A stretch of 63,246 bases of DNA, filler included, from Octopus bimaculoides (lineage: Eukaryota), in NCBI RefSeq assembly GCF_001194135.2. It is 5 parts of 5 records of this genome, joined end to end, with 100 filler letters (N's around TTAATTAATTAA, not from the genome) between each part and the next. Parts side by side here need not be neighbours in the genome. Positions count along the whole stretch, not along the records: positions 60,002 to 63,246 come from NC_068988.1; 4 more parts are not named here. One strand, written 5' to 3'. Position 1 is the first letter of the stretch; every line of letters begins with the position of its first letter. Of this stretch, positions 63,222 to 63,246 are shown in pieces. The notes under the pieces are model-generated. The model did no database searches, had not been told where the DNA came from, and was given only the letters and a program-made list of their open reading frames with translations. Position numbers and translations under genes: made by a program.

Positions 63222-63246
63222 GCGTGTGTGTGTGTGTGTGTGTGTG

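Overview
Eukaryotic, AT-rich, microsatellite-saturated draft-assembly DNA with many N gaps. The SINE/LINE repertoire and microsatellite load suggest an octopus genome (inference from recalled repeat families, not a search). There are no prokaryotic features, CRISPR arrays, rRNA or true tRNA genes. Almost every long entry in the ORF track is a microsatellite or gap artefact. Most of the recognisable content is transposon debris: Tx1-clade (L1-like) LINE fragments, R4/Dong-type LINE 3' ends with a restriction-like endonuclease (RLE) sitting in (TAA)n tracts, Penelope GIY-YIG, RTE and CR1/L2 fragments, mariner derivatives (two are fold-back elements), hAT and Kolobok-like MITEs, and at least three tRNA-derived SINE families. 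Short candidate exons that the ORF track misses suggest a minus-strand host gene (best: 26096-25977 and 24507-24376, both phase 0/0 and open); I could not identify the protein. The best leads are this gene, a Tx1 family repeatedly joined to (ATCT)n, a head-to-tail R4/Dong array, the fold-back mariners, and a TIR-bounded element carrying two RFX X-box motifs. I found no clearly new biological system. Repeat boundaries were read by eye and are approximate unless a TSD or TIR fixes them.
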